Shown: positions 31,801-36,587 of the stretch, piece by piece | Numbering within the stretch: the first letter of the stretch is position 1 | How the letters are laid out: each line of letters opens with the position of its first letter | Source: Thelocarpon superellum | Taxonomy: Eukaryota | DNA: 36,587 nucleotides | Direction: 5' to 3' | Assembly (NCBI GenBank): GCA_026025795.1 | Contig: JAPEUG010000147.1 | Span: 1 to 36,587 of the forward strand | Made by a program: the position numbers and the translations under genes | The notes under the pieces: generated by a model | What the model saw: only the letters and a program-made list of their open reading frames with translations | Told to the model about the DNA's origin: nothing | Databases searched by the model: none

Positions 31801-32016
31801 CAGCGCGACCAGGAGCAGGAACAAGAGCTCTCCCGGCTCCACAAGCAAGGCATACCAGTCCCGGGGCTCGAGATCACCGTCGACAAGCATGTGGCGCGCG
31901 TATGGCTCGAGACGCTCGACGTGGAATGCGCCAATCGCGCACTCCGAGATCGCGTCGTCGCCGTTGTCGAGAGGGCCGTGGAGACTGTAAGTCCGCTCTG
32001 GGCCGTGGCTTCGTAG
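28828..32016 (+). CDS. YSH1: mRNA 3'-end endonuclease Ysh1/CPSF73. Exons 28828-28977, 29038-29135, 29478-29606, 29665-30679, 30758-31439, 31505-32016
   Basis: [19 protein letters not shown], metallo-beta-lactamase [27 protein letters not shown], beta-[30 protein letters not shown] and ILVHGE, plus the CPSF73 C-terminal [12 protein letters not shown]. Five GT..AG introns preserve the frame. Confidence 0.97.
29203..29363. ncRNA. Candidate structured intronic RNA element (C/D-snoRNA-like or cis-regulatory) in YSH1 intron 2
   Basis: Nested complementary segments GGCTC/GAGCC, ATGAT/ATCAT, GGGT/ACCT and GTGGAAG/CTTTCCAC, plus a GTA-GCAA-TAC tetraloop, within a 342-nt intron. Family not recognised. 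Confidence 0.35.
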
Positions 32017-32522
32017 CGCCGGACCGAAGCGTGCGCCAGGGACTGCTCTCTTGCTGGATGTGTCTCCATGGTTCGACATGAGAGATTGGAAGGTGGTAAA
32101 GAGATTGATTGGGATGGCCATCTCGCGCAGAAAGGCGAATGGACTTTACGTCTCTCCTGAAACGAAACGTGCAGAACACCACTCGAATCCAGTCAAGTCC
32201 CGCAGTTCACCTCATCTCCATTGCCTTATATTCGTCACATAAAAATATATCGGTAGAAGAAGCAGTCCGAAGACCTTCAACCCATCCTCAACACCCACCT
32301 CCTTCCCTCCATTCCAGAAATTGAGCCTCGCTCTTGATCTAGCTTGACTCCGCCAGTCTCGTTGCTATCCATCTTCATGCTCGTGGCCCTCGTCTCGTTT
32401 CGTCGTCGGAGTGACCAGACCGAAGCCCGTCCACGGGGCGGTTTGGTGTTGGTGGTTGACCAGGTGGCAACGACGCCAGACCTGCCTTGACTTTTGGTGG
32501 ATGGGTGCCGATCGACGTCCCA

Positions 32523-34879
32523 TCAGTGACCCCGCCCGCTCAGCGTCGCCCGCTCTCGTTCTCGCTCCAGACGGAGCCGAGCAGCTTCGGACCCGTCGTC
32601 CATGATGCTCTCCTTGAACCATGGGTGCTTGAGCGCTTCCTTGGCCGTGATGCGCGACTTGGGATCGTACAAGAAGATTCGCCGGAGGAGGTCCAGGAAC
32701 ATCTTGTTGAACGAGTTGGTCGCTGGGATGATCTCCTGTTGCCGGTTAGACATGCTCTGCATCTCGTCCGGGGCACCGCGTCCACCTACATGTATACGCT
32801 TCATGGCCTTGACGTATTTCTTCGACGCCTTGGACGTCTCGTGGTTGGGATAGTCGAGTCGCTGACTCCGCACAAAGTACCTAGACTACGGTCAATCCCC
32901 CCTCACACGACATGCTCATCCTCAGGAACGGCACTTACTTGGAGGCCGGATTGCCGCCTTGGCGTCGTGCGCTCGTGTTGACCTCACGGATGATCTTGGG
33001 GTCGATCTTGCCGCCACAGATGGCCTCCATCATGGCCAGATGCTCCAAGTTGTCATGGGTCTGGAAGAGGGCGTCACCGGTGAAGAACTCGACCAGGATG
33101 CATCCAATGCTCCAGATGTCGCACGGATAGCTCCATCCGAGGCCCAAGATGATCTCGGGGGCGCGGTAGTGCCGGGTGGACACGACGGACGAATGATACT
33201 CGTCGTCGAACGTGGCCGATCCAAAGTCGATCAGCCGGATCTCCGTGTCCAGCAAGACGCGACGGTGGCGAGCTTGCCGATTGATCGTGGTGGAGGAGGA
33301 GGGGATATGTCGGTTGTAGGTGAAGGTCTGGTACGCACTATCGACCAAGAGGATGTTCTCCGGCTTCAGGTCGGTGTGGATGAGGTTGAGGTCGTGGAGG
33401 ACTGTACCACGGTCAGCGAGGAAAGAGGCGGGGCTTGTCAGGGAGTGCACGCACATGCGACGCTGGTGAACAGCTGCCGCGCGAAGCTCTGGATCTGACT
33501 ATTAGGGAAGGGGACGAATTGATTAGACTTTAAGAAGTCGAAGACGCTCTGCCCGAGCAGGTCCGTGACGATGCAGATGTGGTTCCGGAAGTCGAAGCAG
33601 TCTCGGAGATGGATGCACTTGTTCTTATTATGTTTGTCGTTGGACGAGAGGGTCGAGAGCACCCGGAGCTCGATGCGCGACGCATCACGGTACTTTTGCA
33701 CCGACCGGATGATCTTGATGGCGCACTTGGTCCGTTTTCGCTTGTCGTACGCCTCGACGACCTTGCCAAAGGTGCCTTGGCCCAGCAATCGAGAGATTTG
33801 GTCTGCGGGTCATCGGTCAGCCGTGAGGCCCACACGGAGCGAGGAAGATGCCGGCGCAGTCAGCACAGCCAGTACGTACATCGATCGGTCAGGTCTGAGT
33901 CCGGTACGACCACAAAGTGGCCATCGTCATCGTCCACCTTCTGGTGCTTCATGTACGAATTCTGCGCCCTCTGGTCAGTGTGTGGAGACACCAAGCGGGC
34001 ACACCTGGGGGGACATACATCTTGCGCCACCGCGACATACACCTCCTTGGCTTTGATGGGCGGCTTCGGCGGCGGACAGTAGCTGCTGTACGCGTCGCCT
34101 TGAGTTTCAATCTCGCGCAGCTTGGCCTCATCAGCCGCCACCCTTCGCGTGCGTTTTCGCTTTTGTCCGACCACCTCGACGTCGTCGTAGGAGCCATTGG
34201 CCGCCGCGCTCTGGGAGACGTGCGAGCCGAGCGACGTGGCGGCCGTCGTGGTGAGGGCGGAGGTCGTGCGGTCCGTGGAGGCGGTTGTGGCCGGCGATTC
34301 GTCGACGGCAGTCGACGTCCGGGGCTGAGAGGGGGCCGTCTGATGGCTGTGCACGGGATCGTAGACCGTGCCCGAGGCGACCGTCTTCCGCTTCTTGTCG
34401 GCATGACGCAGGCTTCCTCCTCGGGTCGGTTGGGGCGACATCAGGCCATAGTGGGCCGCATCAGCAGGACCTCCGTGGTAGGAGGCCGGCGCCGTCGAGT
34501 CCGCCGGTAAGGGTTCATCCTCGTCGTCGTCGTCGATGACGATCACTTCTTTGGGCAGACCGTTCTTGTAGAATTCGCGCCAGTTGGGCGTTCGCTGGCG
34601 ATGTCGGGTCTCCCGCATGGCCGACGACGATTGTGACGTTCTCATCCCCGCATGCTGGGTGCTCTGGGTGGAGGTGGCGGTGCGGCGAGACGGGCCGATC
34701 GGGGAGGGATTGTTCGCGGCGAAGTTGTAGTGCGGGTTGGGCAGTCGACTGGCTCCGCTCAAGAGACTGTTGTTGGAGTGATACGAGGCGCCGCCCGCTT
34801 GAAAGGTTTGACGGTGAGGGTAGCCGTAGTGGAGATGGGGCGGTGGATTGGTCGCCGTTGCCGTGGATGGGGTCGACAT
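32523..34879 (-). CDS. lkh1: LAMMER dual-specificity protein kinase (Kns1/Lkh1/CLK family). Exons 34879-34019, 33961-33880, 33802-33455, 33401-32939, 32880-32790, 32735-32523
   Basis: [46 protein letters not shown] and the signature [11 protein letters not shown]. Five GT..AG introns with branch sites. Confidence 0.96.
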
Positions 34880-35150
34880 GGCGTCGACGGTGGGCCCAGC
34901 GAGCGCGGTGGTGTGTTATCGTGTGAGGCCGCGATCTCGGTTCGTGTTGTGCGTTGCGAGGGGGTGCAGCACGGTGGGAGGCGACAAGAGCCCCCGGCGG
35001 ATGAGGCCGTCACCGTCTAGCAGAGGGTGGTGAGAGGTGAGGGAGCCGAGGGCGAGATCAGAGCACCGTGGACCTCATGAGGTTCTGATGGAACCCACGC
35101 TCCGACGATGGGTGGAGAGACGCCGCGTGCTGAGGTGCTGACAACTGCTT

Positions 35151-35181
35151 TCGGTCGGTCGGTCGGTCGGTCGGTCGGTCG
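35151..35181. repeat. (TCGG)n tetranucleotide microsatellite, ~7.75 units
   Basis: Read directly; ~270 bp upstream of the LAMMER kinase ATG. Confidence 0.9.
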
Positions 35182-36587
35182 CCCGTGGTCGTCCGTCCTG
35201 GCCGCTTCGCTCTCGCACACTGGCGGGCGTTGGCGCAGGCGTCTGGCTCTGGCGCCGCCTCGCTCGCTCGCTTTCCTCCTGCTCTCGGAGAGGGCGTCGA
35301 CCCCAACGCAGATTCAGCAGGTGCACGACCCACGGCGTGAGACAGGTGGGGGGTTGTTCATTCAGCCAGCAGCAGGACGGGTGCTGTTGGACAGTACACG
35401 CTCGGGCATGCTGCGCGTTCAAGATGAGAAAGGGTCGAGTCGACGTGCCCCAGTGCTGCTGCACGGTTGGTATTGCCAGTACAATGCAATAGCAATAATG
35501 CCGCCCGGCTCGTCTCGTCTCTTGTCGCTCGTCTCGGCCAGCGTTCAGGCTGGGACGAGGCACGGAGGATCTGATTGGACAGGAGTCGCGGCACCACACG
35601 GGCAGTCACTTGCGCCCAATTCCCTTGACTTGCGTGCACTTTGCCGTCACTACTCGTACGTCGCTCCCTACGAGGACAGGCCCTGCACCTCGATCGTTGC
35701 TCGCCGTCATCATTCATCCGGTCCGTGGCTACATGACTACGTGACTAACTCGCCGTATTTGGCTATTCTGGATTCCCTGGTCGAAGGGGCGCGCGTTGGG
35801 CGGGGCGTCCGCGATACGAGGTGCCAGAGCCTAGGAGGAAGCGACGTGCGAGGTCAACTTCTCCACACCCGCAGCGGAACCGGAGTGCCAGACTTCGTAC
35901 CTAGGGACGAGGTCTCGTTTGTCTGGTCCCAGGTCGGCCGAAAGAGTGGTTAAGCAGGGTCGCCAAGACTCCATTTCAGCCACGCAGGTGGCCATCCGAT
36001 CCCGAGACCTTCCCTCCGCTTTTTCCTTCTTTCCCTGGACACGATCGTGAGATACGTGCCTTGCCCACCACTCTGTCTACCGCTCCCCCTCCTCGATGGA
36101 CTGCTGCCGGACGTCCGGTGCCTGCCGCGCTTGCGCCCGCCCGTTCGCCCGCCCGCCACGCCGACACGAGCGGCGGCGCCTGACGACGGTCACCCGGACG
36201 GTGGCATCCAACTGCTTTTTTGGTCCACCTTCCACACCGCACGTTCCATTCCTCGCCGCGAGACCTAGATCTATGTCTGTATTGTAACCCTATCTCTCGC
36301 GGCGCTGAAGCGCGAGGCCGCGCCCGTGAATGAAGCTGGCCTTGGGACTCTGCCTGGGCCAGGGCCTGATTACGAGTCAGGGCAACGTGCCTGACGACTC
36401 ACTCGCCAACGACGCATGCCTGCGCGACGACTCGGTAAATAATGCGGAAGTTCGACTTTCAAGTGCTGCGTGCACGTCCAGGTGCCTTTTCTCGCCTACC
36501 GCTCCCCCTCCGCTCCCCCTCCTGAATCGGAAACGAAAGAAGCGCATTACCGACGCATTCGTTTCATTCGGCGCAAGCCTTCCCGCC

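Noticed and set aside
35108..35953. 281-aa plus-strand ORF upstream of the LAMMER kinase
   Set aside because: It has no recognisable motifs, runs through a microsatellite, and has a composition typical of non-coding GC-rich DNA.
36285..36292. TAACCCTA, resembling a telomerase RNA template
   Set aside because: A single 8-mer is expected by chance in a window this size, and I saw no supporting pseudoknot or other TER elements.

Overview
A GC-rich, gene-dense piece of a filamentous ascomycete (Pezizomycotina-type) nuclear genome. That assignment is inferred from short GT-AG introns with CTRAC/CTRAY branch points and from the fungal orthologues present. I reconstructed 14 protein-coding genes by hand, with 26 introns. 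In order: a GAF-domain hybrid histidine kinase (truncated by the window edge), an Rcm1/NSUN5 rRNA m5C methyltransferase, an ExoIII/AP-endonuclease-like EEP nuclease, an LCAT-like alpha/beta hydrolase, a class III aminotransferase, Sec65/SRP19, a secreted aspergillopepsin-like protease, a GNAT acetyltransferase, Gpi3/PIG-A, Dbp6, Pis1, Taf4, Ysh1/CPSF73 and a LAMMER kinase. I found no transposon, CRISPR array, tRNA, rRNA or secondary-metabolite cluster. The region is mostly housekeeping. The best unexplained signals are non-coding. One is a ~160-nt self-complementary element with C/D-box-like motifs inside an unusually long YSH1 intron. Another is an H/ACA-snoRNA-like hairpin array upstream of SEC65. 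A third is paired inverted CACGTG motifs, one pair lying in a convergent intergenic region. All are candidates read by eye; no folding or database search was run.
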